Shown in pieces: positions 1 to 8,221 of a stretch of 64,000 nucleotides of DNA (positions within the stretch are counted from its first letter, which is position 1; each line of letters opens with the position of its first letter). Origin of the DNA: Caecitellus pseudoparvulus (taxonomy: Eukaryota; Protista; Bigyra: Bicosoecida); assembly GCA_965644315.1 (NCBI GenBank), contig CBFFRQ010000067.1, forward strand, positions 558,001-622,000. The letters run 5' to 3'. Position numbers and translations under genes: made by a program. Under the pieces are notes generated by a model. The model was not told the DNA's origin and did no database searches. It was given only the letters and a program-made list of their open reading frames with translations.

Positions 1-438
1 CCCTGGAGCGAGTAGCCTGGCTCGGTACATGCTGGGCTGGGAGTATGGGCGGTACATTGCTGTTTGTTCTGCATTCAGGTGCAGCCGCCACGCGAGTCCG
101 GCGTTTGCTGGGTTGGCGTGGAGGCCGGCCAAGCAAACTTGCACTGCACCGCTTGCAACAGGGCAGGGCGTGTACACATGGACACGATGCACCACATGCT
201 TCACCCAAGGCAGCCACCAGCATGGCCTGAAGTGCCAAGAGCATTGCAGGCGAGCACTGTATCTAGAGCAGCGCAAATGACCGATCTGTGGCGCGTACAA
301 GCCCGTTGTGTAGCTGCAATGAGTCCGCCTGCCAGGCTGCACTCCATCTCTGCACTCCTGAACCAACCACAGCCGGTGCAAGTCCCGTACAACCACCCAT
401 TCTCGTCATGCACACTCGGCATGTGTGGCAAGGCGGGC
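1..438. repeat. Long-spacer segment, copy 1 (truncated by window start)
   Basis: Bases 1-44 are identical to 5528-5571, the middle is diverged, and ~225-438 is again highly similar to ~5750-5963. Confidence 0.85.
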
Positions 439-472
439 GATCTTGACATTCTCCTTTTGCCGTCCCCCCTGC

Positions 473-1471
473 TCACTCTGACCGTGAAGCCTTCCCTGCC
501 GGAGATGCTCTTGCTGACCGTCTGTGTGGCCGTGGCTGCCTCCGCGCTCTCAAGGTTGCGCGCAGCAGCACCATGGACCGCCGCCCTTGCCGAGTGCTCG
601 TGCCGCCCCACACAGCATCCTTGCCGAGCCGCACAGCTGCCTGTCCGGCCTCAAGTCGTGCTTGCAGTGGGATGGAGCGATGGCCGGTAAGGGCCAGAAG
701 CTCTCGAATCACGTCCGCCTGTGCTCTTTCCCAGGCATAACGGAAAGCAATGTCACTCTCGCCCCCAACTCCAGCATGCACGTCCACGGCTCGGTGCCCA
801 GTCAATGCGAGCAGCTCGCGCACCACATCCACGTGACCCTTAATACAGGCCCATAGGAAGCCAAACTCAGGCTCACCCACAGGCCCAGCGTGCACATCCA
901 CCTCACGGTGCCCAGTCAGCGCCAACAGCTCGCGCACCACTGCCGCATGTCCGTACTGACAGGCCCATCGAAAGCCAAACTCAGGATTACCCTTACAGCC
1001 AGCATGCACATCCACCTCACGGTGCCCAGTCAGTGCCAGCAGCACACGCACCACTTCCAGATGCCCATTGCGGCAGGCATACCGGAAGCAATACTCGGGG
1101 TAGCCCTTGGGTCCAGCGTGCACATCCACCTCGCGTTCACCTGTCAGAGCCAAGAGCTCGCGCACCACATCAATGTGTCCGTGCACACATGCAGCTCGGA
1201 AGCCAGCCTCGGGCCCATCATCATCCCCAGTATGCACATCCACAGCACAATCCCCCTCCAACGCCAGAAGCTTGCGCAGCAAATCCGCGTGCCCTGTCCT
1301 GCATGCAGCCAGAAACACTGCTGTTGACTCGCTACTCGTCAAGCCTTCCACCTCCGCCTCCACACCACCCCCATTCCCCTGCAACAAGCTTAGCAGTTGA
1401 CTCGTCTCCTCAGCATCACATGCGGTCCGCCACTTCGCAAAAAAGAAGTGATTGCCGCTGTCGTCAGCCAT
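473..1471 (-). CDS. Variable ankyrin-cassette protein, copy 1 (76-aa N-cap + 5 x 38-aa repeats + 66-aa C-cap; 332 aa)
   Basis: ORF 473..1504. True start taken as MADDSG (ATG at 1471) by alignment with the paralogues. Repeats VDVHAGxxxxxExGFxxACxxGHxDVVRELLALTGxRE carry the ankyrin AxxGHxxVVxxLL core. Intronless. Confidence 0.88.
   Translation of the reverse strand: MADDSGNHFFFAKWRTACDAEETSQLLSLLQGNGGGVEAEVEGLTSSESTAVFLAACRTGHADLLRKLLALEGDCAVDVHTGDDDGPEAGFRAACVHGHIDVVRELLALTGEREVDVHAGPKGYPEYCFRYACRNGHLEVVRVLLALTGHREVDVHAGCKGNPEFGFRWACQYGHAAVVRELLALTGHREVDVHAGPVGEPEFGFLWACIKGHVDVVRELLALTGHRAVDVHAGVGGESDIAFRYAWERAQADVIRELLALTGHRSIPLQARLEAGQAAVRLGKDAVWGGTSTRQGRRSMVLLRATLRARRQPRPHRRSARASPAGKASRSE
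674..1243 (-). repeat. 5 x 114-bp coding tandem repeat (copy 1)
   Basis: 114-bp periodicity of cagctc(g/c)cgcaccacat and cagcatgcacatccacctcac. Confidence 0.9.
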
Positions 1472-1711
1472 GGTATGTTGGATCCAGTTTCCGCACTTCC
1501 CCACCTCTCACCAACCTACGCTACTGCACGGGTAGCACAGGCGGTACAGGCAAGAAGCTTGATCGCCTGTGCACACTGCACAACCATAGAAGGGTGTATT
1601 GTGTCTGACCAAGGGCATTGAATGCCCGGCATTGCGTGTCATGCCCATTTGAATGTGCTTGGCTCACGGCGTGTGCATTGCCCAGGTCACAGACCACGCC
1701 TGCGCCCCCGC
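1472..1711. repeat. 240-bp intergenic spacer, type A, copy 1
   Basis: Nearly identical to 3395-3634, with the same length. Confidence 0.9.
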
Positions 1712-3394
1712 TCACTCTGACCGTGAAGCCTTCCCTGCTCGCGACCCCACTGCACTGCCTGCGTGTGGCCGTGGCCGCTTCCGTGCTCTCAAGGTTGCGC
1801 GCAGCAGCACCATGGCGTGCCGCCCTTGCCGAGTGCTCGTGCCGCCCCACACGGCATCCTTGCCAGGCTGTACAGCTGCCTGACCAGCCTCAAGTCGCGC
1901 TTGCAGTGAGATGGCGCGATGGCCGGTGAGGCCCAGCAGCTCACGCACTACGCCAACGTTTCCATGCTCACAAGCAATTTGAAAGCCATCCTCAGACGTC
2001 GCCCCACCCTCAGCATGCACATCAACCTCACGATGTCCTGTCAGTGCCAGCAGCTCCCGCACCACATCAATGTGCCCATTCTGACAGGCAGCTCGGAAGC
2101 CATCCTCAAGCTCACCTGGTAGCCCAGCATGTACGTCCACCTCGCGTTCCCCAGTCAGCGACAGCAGCTCACGCACCACATCCACATGCCCTTTCTGACA
2201 AGCAAGTTGAAAGCCCTCCTCGGGATCGCCCTCAGGCCCAGCATGCACGTCAACCTCACGATCTCCGGTCAGAGACAGCAGCTCCCGCACCACAAAGACA
2301 TGCCCATTCGCACAGGCACCTAGGAAGCCGTCCTCAGGACAACCCTCCGGCCCAGCATGCACATCCACCATGCGATGCCCGTCCAGAGCCAGCAGTTCTC
2401 GAACTACATCGACATGCCCATGGTAACAGGCAAGTCGGAAGCCAGCCTCAGGCCCGTTCTGATCTCCAGCATGCACGTCAACCTCACGATCGTCCGTCAG
2501 CGCCAGCAGCTCCCGCACCACATCAATGTGCCCGTTCCAGCAGGCAAACCGGAAGCCATACTCCTCCTGATCTTCACGCCCAGCATGTACATCCACCTCA
2601 CGATGCCCACTCAAAGCCAATAGCTCCCGCACCACATCAATGTGCCCATTCTGGCAGGCAAGCCGGAAGCCAGCCTCAAGTTTACCCTCAGGCCCAGCAT
2701 GCACATCTACCTCACGATGCCCACTCAAAGCCAGTAGCTCCCGCACCACACCAATGTGCCCGTTCCAGCAGGCAAGCCGGAAGCCAACCTCAGACCTGCC
2801 CTCAGGCCCAGCATGCACATCAATCTCACGATCTCCAGTCAGCGCCAGCAGCTCCCGCACCACATCGACATGCCCATTCTGGCAAGCAAGCCCGAAGGCA
2901 AACCCAGGCTTGCCCTCGGGCCCAGCATGCACGTCTACCTCACGATCTCCGGTCAGCGCCAGCAGCTCTCGCACCACATCAATATGCCCGTTCTGGCAAG
3001 CGAGATGAAAGCCTGCCTCAGGCCCGTTCTGATCTTCAGCGTGCACGTCAACCTCACGATGTCCTGTCAGCGCCAGCAGTTCCCGCACCACATCGACATG
3101 CCCGTTGGCGCATGCACACCGAAAGCCACGTTCAGGGTGGCCGTCGAGCCCTTGATGCACATCCACAATAAGCTCCCCCTCCAACGCAAGTAGCCCACGC
3201 AGCAACCCAACATGCCCAGTTCTGCACGCAACCAGGAAGCCAGCCGTTGTCTCGTCACTGGTCAAACCTCCCAACACCGTCGTTCCACCATCTCCACACA
3301 CTTGCAGTATGCTCAGCAGTACAGTTGCCAGACTATTGTCACAGGCTGCCACCAACCGAGCCGCCAATGAATGCACGTTGCTCGCATCAGCCAT
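1712..3394 (-). CDS. Variable ankyrin-cassette protein, copy 2 (11 repeats; 560 aa)
   Basis: Intact ORF; 76 + 11x38 + 66 = 560 aa exactly; same caps as the paralogues. Confidence 0.9.
   Translation of the reverse strand: MADASNVHSLAARLVAACDNSLATVLLSILQVCGDGGTTVLGGLTSDETTAGFLVACRTGHVGLLRGLLALEGELIVDVHQGLDGHPERGFRCACANGHVDVVRELLALTGHREVDVHAEDQNGPEAGFHLACQNGHIDVVRELLALTGDREVDVHAGPEGKPGFAFGLACQNGHVDVVRELLALTGDREIDVHAGPEGRSEVGFRLACWNGHIGVVRELLALSGHREVDVHAGPEGKLEAGFRLACQNGHIDVVRELLALSGHREVDVHAGREDQEEYGFRFACWNGHIDVVRELLALTDDREVDVHAGDQNGPEAGFRLACYHGHVDVVRELLALDGHRMVDVHAGPEGCPEDGFLGACANGHVFVVRELLSLTGDREVDVHAGPEGDPEEGFQLACQKGHVDVVRELLSLTGEREVDVHAGLPGELEDGFRAACQNGHIDVVRELLALTGHREVDVHAEGGATSEDGFQIACEHGNVGVVRELLGLTGHRAISLQARLEAGQAAVQPGKDAVWGGTSTRQGRHAMVLLRATLRARKRPRPHAGSAVGSRAGKASRSE
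1913..3166 (-). repeat. 11 x 114-bp coding tandem repeat (copy 2)
   Basis: 114-bp periodicity with no indels. Confidence 0.92.
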
Positions 3395-3634
3395 GGTGTG
3401 TTAGATCCAGTTTCCGCACTTCCCCACCTCTCACCAACCTACGCTACTGCACGGGTAGCACAGGCGGCACAGGCAAGAAGCTTGATCGCCTGTGCACACT
3501 GCACAACCATAGAAGGGTATACTGGGTTTGACCAAGGGCACTGAATGCCCGGCATTGCGTGTCATGCCCATTTGAATGTGCTTGGCTCATGGCGTGTGCA
3601 TTGCCCAGGTCACAGACCACGCCTGCGCCCCCGC
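3395..3634. repeat. 240-bp intergenic spacer, type A, copy 2
   Basis: Nearly identical to 1472-1711. Confidence 0.9.
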
Positions 3635-4975
3635 TCACTCTGAGCGTGAAGCCTTGCCTGCCAGAGATAATCTTCCCGATCTTGTGTGTGAACGTGGCCG
3701 CTTCCTCGTTGACAAAGCAGCTCGCAGCAGCACCATGGCGCGCCGCCCTTGCCGAGTGCTCGTGCCGCCCCACACGGCATCCTTGCCCAGCTCCACAGCT
3801 GCCTGTCCAGCCTCAAGTCGTGAATACACTGAGATGGTGCGATGGCCCGTGAGGCCCAGAAGCTCTCGAACCACATCGACATGCCCATTCTGACAGGCAA
3901 CATGGAAGGCAAACTCAAGCCATTCCGCAGGCCCTGCGTGTACGTCCACCTCACGATGCCCACTCAAAGCCAGTAGCTCTCGGACAACATCCGCGTGGCC
4001 GTTTGCGCAAGCTGCTCGGAAGCCAGCCTCAGGAACACCCCCAAACCCAGCGTGCACGTCCACCTCACGATGCCCAGTCAGCGCCAATAGCTCCCGCACC
4101 ACATGAACATGGCCATTCTGGCAGGCAGCTCGGAAGCAATACTCTGGTTCTTCCTCAGGCCCAGCATGCACATCAACCTCACGATGTCCGGTCAGTGCCA
4201 GCAGCTCCCGCATCACATCAATGTGGCCGTTCTGGCAAGCAAGTCCGAAGCCAGCCTCAGGCCCGTTCTCATCTCCAGCGTGCACGTCCACCTCACGATG
4301 CCCACTCAAAGCCAGTAGCTCTCGGACAACATCCACGTGGCCGTTTGCGCAAGCTGCTCGGAAGCCAGCCTCAGGAACACCCCCAAACCCAGCGTGCACG
4401 TCCACCTCACGATGCCCAGTCAGCGCCAATAGCTCCCGCACCACATGAACATGGCCATTCTGGCAGGCAGCTCGGAAGCCAGCCTCAGGAACACCCCCAA
4501 ACCCAGCATGCACATCAACCTCACGATGCCCGGTCAGTGCCAGCAGCTCCCGCACCACATCAATGTGCCCAGTCTCACAGGCCAGCCGGAAGCCAGCCTC
4601 GGGCCCGTTCTCATCTCCAGCGTGCACGTCAACTTCACGATCACCTGTCAACGCCAAAAGTTCACGCACAACCTCCACATGCCCGAGTGTACATGCTTGT
4701 CGAAAACCAAACTCGCGTTCTCCCTCAGGCCCCTCATGCACATCCACCTCGCTGCTTCCCTCCAATGCCAGCAGCCCACGCAGCAACCCAATATTTCCAG
4801 TCCCGCACGCAACGACAAAGCTAACAGTCGAAAAGTTGCAAGTCTTTCCTCCAACATCAACACGCACGTCACCTCGACACCCCTGCTGCATGCTCAACAG
4901 TATACCTGCCTCCGCATCATCGCATTCAGCCACCATCTGTGCCACCCAAGACTGCTCGCTGTCCGCATCAGCCAT
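3635..4975 (-). CDS. Variable ankyrin-cassette protein, copy 3 (8 repeats; 446 aa)
   Basis: Intact ORF; 76 + 8x38 + 66 = 446 aa. Confidence 0.9.
   Translation of the reverse strand: MADADSEQSWVAQMVAECDDAEAGILLSMQQGCRGDVRVDVGGKTCNFSTVSFVVACGTGNIGLLRGLLALEGSSEVDVHEGPEGEREFGFRQACTLGHVEVVRELLALTGDREVDVHAGDENGPEAGFRLACETGHIDVVRELLALTGHREVDVHAGFGGVPEAGFRAACQNGHVHVVRELLALTGHREVDVHAGFGGVPEAGFRAACANGHVDVVRELLALSGHREVDVHAGDENGPEAGFGLACQNGHIDVMRELLALTGHREVDVHAGPEEEPEYCFRAACQNGHVHVVRELLALTGHREVDVHAGFGGVPEAGFRAACANGHADVVRELLALSGHREVDVHAGPAEWLEFAFHVACQNGHVDVVRELLGLTGHRTISVYSRLEAGQAAVELGKDAVWGGTSTRQGRRAMVLLRAALSTRKRPRSHTRSGRLSLAGKASRSE
3836..4747 (-). repeat. 8 x 114-bp coding tandem repeat (copy 3)
   Basis: 114-bp periodicity; near-identical block repeated at a 342-bp offset (3979 vs 4321). 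Confidence 0.92.
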
Positions 4976-5212
4976 GCCGTTGCGAATGCAGATTCCGCAC
5001 TTCTGGCGCCCACCTACCTACACTTTTGCACGGGTTGCACGGGGGGTACAGCACAGTGTCGTATGAGCAGCTGCGATCCATAGCCTGTAGCAAGTGGAAG
5101 GAGTGGGTGTTGTTTTGACCAAGACGGTGAAGTGTCCTGCCTGCCCAGCCTGCGTTGCTGAACCGCCACCCCCCTCGATCCTCAAACGGCGCCGGTACAG
5201 TGTCGCTCCTGA
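4976..5212. repeat. Upstream region type B, copy 1 (5' of ankyrin copy 3)
   Basis: Highly similar to 7985-8221 (gccgttgcgaatgcagattccgcacttctggcgcccacc ... gttttgaccaagacggtgaagtgtcctgcctgcccagcctgcgttgctgaaccgccaccccctcgatcctcaaa). Confidence 0.85.
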
Positions 5213-5235
5213 TGCGGCCTGCGCCAGGCCGCATC
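5211..5235. other. Perfect 10-bp inverted repeat (GATGCGGCCT-gcgcc-AGGCCGCATC)
   Basis: Read directly; lies where high similarity between the two type-B upstream regions ends. Confidence 0.6.
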
Positions 5236-5267
5236 CAAGCGCCGCTCGGCTCTGCAAGGCATCGAGG

Positions 5268-5805
5268 ATGCAGCGGAAATGCTGCCGCTGGTCTCTGCTG
5301 CGTCAGCCTCCCCCCCGGGCGGGGGTCAGGCGACCTCCTCGTCCCAAATCACTCACGAGGGAGGGCGGGAAGCTCCACCTCTCCTTGCCCCTGCCGCCGT
5401 TCGCGCTGGACGTGCACCTCGAAGCCCAGCGCGGAGCCTTACGACGCCCCATGGAGACGAGACTCCCCTTCAAGCGACGCCCGACGCGCAAGGGCGACCA
5501 GGCGCGGTGCTGGGAGCGACAGGGACACCCTGGAGCGAGTAGCCTGGCTCGGTACATGCTGGGCTGGGAGTGTGGGCGGCAAGCACTGTGTGGCAACTCA
5601 CTTATATGCAGCGTCTTGGCAAGGCGGGCTTGCCCTTTGTTAGCGGGGAGGCTTAGCACACACACTTGCACGGCACCGCTTGCAACAGGGGCAGGAGTTG
5701 CGCGTGGATACTGCGCACCATCCGCTTCAGGAATAAGAAGCCCATAATGGCATGAAGTGCCAAGAGCATTGCAGGCGAGCACTGTATCTAGAGCAATACA
5801 AATGA
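5268..5805 (+). CDS. Putative small spliced gene or gene fragment in the long spacer (hypothetical)
   Basis: High-GC3, coding-like stretch (GGKLHLSLPLPPFALDVHLEAQRGALRR...ARYMLGW). A possible intron 5570-5774 joins it to ERALYLEQYK*. The same GT, TTGCAG and stop are present in the copy at 43-280. Confidence 0.3.
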
Positions 5806-5963
5806 CCGATCTGTGGCGCGTAGAAGGCCGTTGTGCAGCTGCAATGAGTCCGCCTGCCAGGTTGCACTCCATCTCAGCACTCCTGGAACAGCCACAGCCT
5901 GCGCAGGTCCCGTACAACCACCCACTCCAGTCATGCACACTCGGCATGCGTGGCAAGGCGGGC
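5528..5963. repeat. Long-spacer segment, copy 2
   Basis: Homologous to 1-438. Confidence 0.85.
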
Positions 5964-6187
5964 ATTCTCGAAGCAGACCCGGTGCCTCTACTTTCAATAC
6001 CACACAGCAAACCTGATACGCCTCCACACCTTCCCCCTTCTCCGCGCCCAAGTATGCGTCTGAGGAATAGTTAATCCGCATCCCTGCCATGCGACCACGT
6101 GGCTGTAAGCATGAACATCTGCCCAGGGGTATGCTTTGCTGGGAATATGTGCATTGCTCGGCACACAGTCCATGCCTGCGCCCCCGC

Positions 6188-7984
6188 TCACTCTGACCGT
6201 GAAGCCTTCCCTGCTCGTGACCCCACTGCACTGCCTGCGTGTGGTCGTGGCCGCTTCCGTGCTCTCAAGGTTGCGCGCAGCAGCACCATGGCGTGCCGCC
6301 CTTGCCGAGTGCTCGTGCCGCCCCACACGGCATCCTTGCCAGGCTGCACAGCTACCTTTCCAGCCTCAAGTCGCGCTTGCAGTGAGATGGCGCGATGCCC
6401 CGTGAGAGCAAGAAGCTCTCGAACCACATCGACATGCCCTTTCCGACAAGCAAATCGGAAGCTCGCCTCAGGCCCTTCCTCACACCGAGCATGCACGTCA
6501 ACCTCACGATCTCCTGTCAGTGCCAGCAGCTCTCGCACCACATCAATGTGGCCGTTCCGACAGGCATACCGGAAGCCATACTCCTCCTGGTACTCACGCC
6601 CAGCATGTACATCAACGGCCCGAGGTCCGCTCAGAGCCAGCAGCTCCCGCACCACATCGACATGCCCATTCCGACATGCCCACCGAAATCCAGCCTCAGA
6701 GGTCCCATTGGCCCCAGCATGCACATCAACGGCCCGAGACCCGCTCAGAGCCAGCAGTTCACGCACCACATCGACATGCCCTTTCCGACAAGCGAGCTGA
6801 AAGCCTGTCTCAGGCCCTTCCTCACACCAAGCATGCACATCTATCTCGCGATCTCCGGTCAGCGCCAGCAGCTCCCGCACCACATCAATGTGGCCGTTCC
6901 GACAGGCATACCGGAAGCCATACTCCTCCTGGTACTCACGCCCAGCATGTACGTCAACCTCACGATCTCCGGTCAGCGCCAACAGCTCCCGCACCACATC
7001 GACATGCCCTTTCCGACATGCCCAACGAAATCCAGCCTCAGGCTTGCCCTCGGTCCCAGCGTGCACGTCAACCTCACGATCTCCGGTCAGCGCCAGCAGC
7101 TCCCGCACCACATCAAGGTGCCCGTTCTGGCAGGCTAGCCGGAAGCCAGCCTCAGGCCCGCTCTGATCTCCAGCATGCACATCAACGGCCCGAGGCCCGC
7201 TCAGAGCCAGCAGTTCCCGCACCACATCGACATGCCCTTTCCGACAAGCGAGTTGAAAGCCAGCCTCGGGCTTGCCCTCAGGCCCTGCATGCACGTCAAC
7301 GGTTCGAGGCCCGCTCAGCGCCAGCAGCTCCCGCACCACATCGACATGCCCATTCTGGCAAGCAAGTCCGAAGCCAAACCCAGGCTTGCCCTCGTGACTT
7401 GCATGCACGTCGACCTCACGGTGCCCAGTCAGCGCCAGCAGCTCCCGCACCACATCGACATGCCCGTGTTGGCAGGCGAGATGAAAGCCTGCCTCAGGCT
7501 TGCCCTCAGGCCCAGCGTGCACATCAACCTCACGATCTCCGGTCAGCGCCAGCAGCTCCCGCACCACATCGACATGCCCATTCTGACAGGCAAGCCGGAA
7601 GCCAGCCTCAGGCCCGCTCTGATCTCCAGCATGCACGTCAACCTCACGATGTCCTGTCAGCGCCAGCAGTTCCCGCACCACATCGACATGCCCGTTGGCG
7701 CATGCACACCGAAAGCCACGTTCAGGGTGGCCGTCGAGCCCTTGATGCACATCCACAATAAACTCCCCCTCCAACGCAAGTAGCCCACGCAGCAACCCAA
7801 CATGCCCAGTTCTGCAAGCAACCAGGAAGCCAGCCGTTGTCTCGTCACTGGTCAAACCTTCCAACACCGTCGTTCCACCATCTCCACACACTTGCAGAAT
7901 GCTCAACAGTACAGTTGCCAGACTATTGTCACAGGCTGCCACCAACCGAGCCGCCAATGAATGGTCACTGTCGGTATCAGCCAT
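6188..7984 (-). CDS. Variable ankyrin-cassette protein, copy 4 (12 repeats; 598 aa)
   Basis: Intact ORF; 76 + 12x38 + 66 = 598 aa. N-cap, repeat 1 and C-cap are nearly identical to copy 2. Confidence 0.9.
   Translation of the reverse strand: MADTDSDHSLAARLVAACDNSLATVLLSILQVCGDGGTTVLEGLTSDETTAGFLVACRTGHVGLLRGLLALEGEFIVDVHQGLDGHPERGFRCACANGHVDVVRELLALTGHREVDVHAGDQSGPEAGFRLACQNGHVDVVRELLALTGDREVDVHAGPEGKPEAGFHLACQHGHVDVVRELLALTGHREVDVHASHEGKPGFGFGLACQNGHVDVVRELLALSGPRTVDVHAGPEGKPEAGFQLACRKGHVDVVRELLALSGPRAVDVHAGDQSGPEAGFRLACQNGHLDVVRELLALTGDREVDVHAGTEGKPEAGFRWACRKGHVDVVRELLALTGDREVDVHAGREYQEEYGFRYACRNGHIDVVRELLALTGDREIDVHAWCEEGPETGFQLACRKGHVDVVRELLALSGSRAVDVHAGANGTSEAGFRWACRNGHVDVVRELLALSGPRAVDVHAGREYQEEYGFRYACRNGHIDVVRELLALTGDREVDVHARCEEGPEASFRFACRKGHVDVVRELLALTGHRAISLQARLEAGKVAVQPGKDAVWGGTSTRQGRHAMVLLRATLRARKRPRPHAGSAVGSRAGKASRSE
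6389..7756 (-). repeat. 12 x 114-bp coding tandem repeat (copy 4)
   Basis: 114-bp periodicity; repeats 8 and 11 encode identical peptides at a 342-bp offset (6559 vs 6901). Confidence 0.92.
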
Positions 7985-8221
7985 GCCGTTGCGAATGCAG
8001 ATTCCGCACTTCTGGCGCCCACCAACCTACACTTTTGCACAGGCGGCACAGGCTGTGCGGCACAGGGTCGCAAGAATAGTTGCGATCCAAAGCCTGTTGC
8101 AAGTGGAGGACGTAGGTGTTGTTTTGACCAAGACGGTGAAGTGTCCTGCCTGCCCAGCCTGCGTTGCTGAACCGCCACCCCCCTCGATCCTCAAATGGCG
8201 CCGGCACATCGTTGCTCCTGA
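7985..8221. repeat. Upstream region type B, copy 2 (5' of ankyrin copy 4)
   Basis: Highly similar to 4976-5212. Confidence 0.85.

Noticed and set aside
5211-5260. Hairpin as a Helitron 3' end or bacterial REP/terminator
   Set aside because: No CTRR terminus at the expected distance, no U-tract, and no transposase/RepHel gene in the window.
674-7756. 114-bp periodic repeats with variable segments as a CRISPR-like array
   Set aside because: The units are in-frame protein-coding ankyrin cassettes with mutually homologous variable parts; there are no cas genes and the context is eukaryotic.
2044-7783. Long + strand ORFs over the ankyrin genes (2044-3171, 4003-4824, 6520-7761, etc.)
   Set aside because: Antisense shadows of a GC-rich repeat; low-complexity P/A/H/Q translations and inconsistent stops among paralogues.
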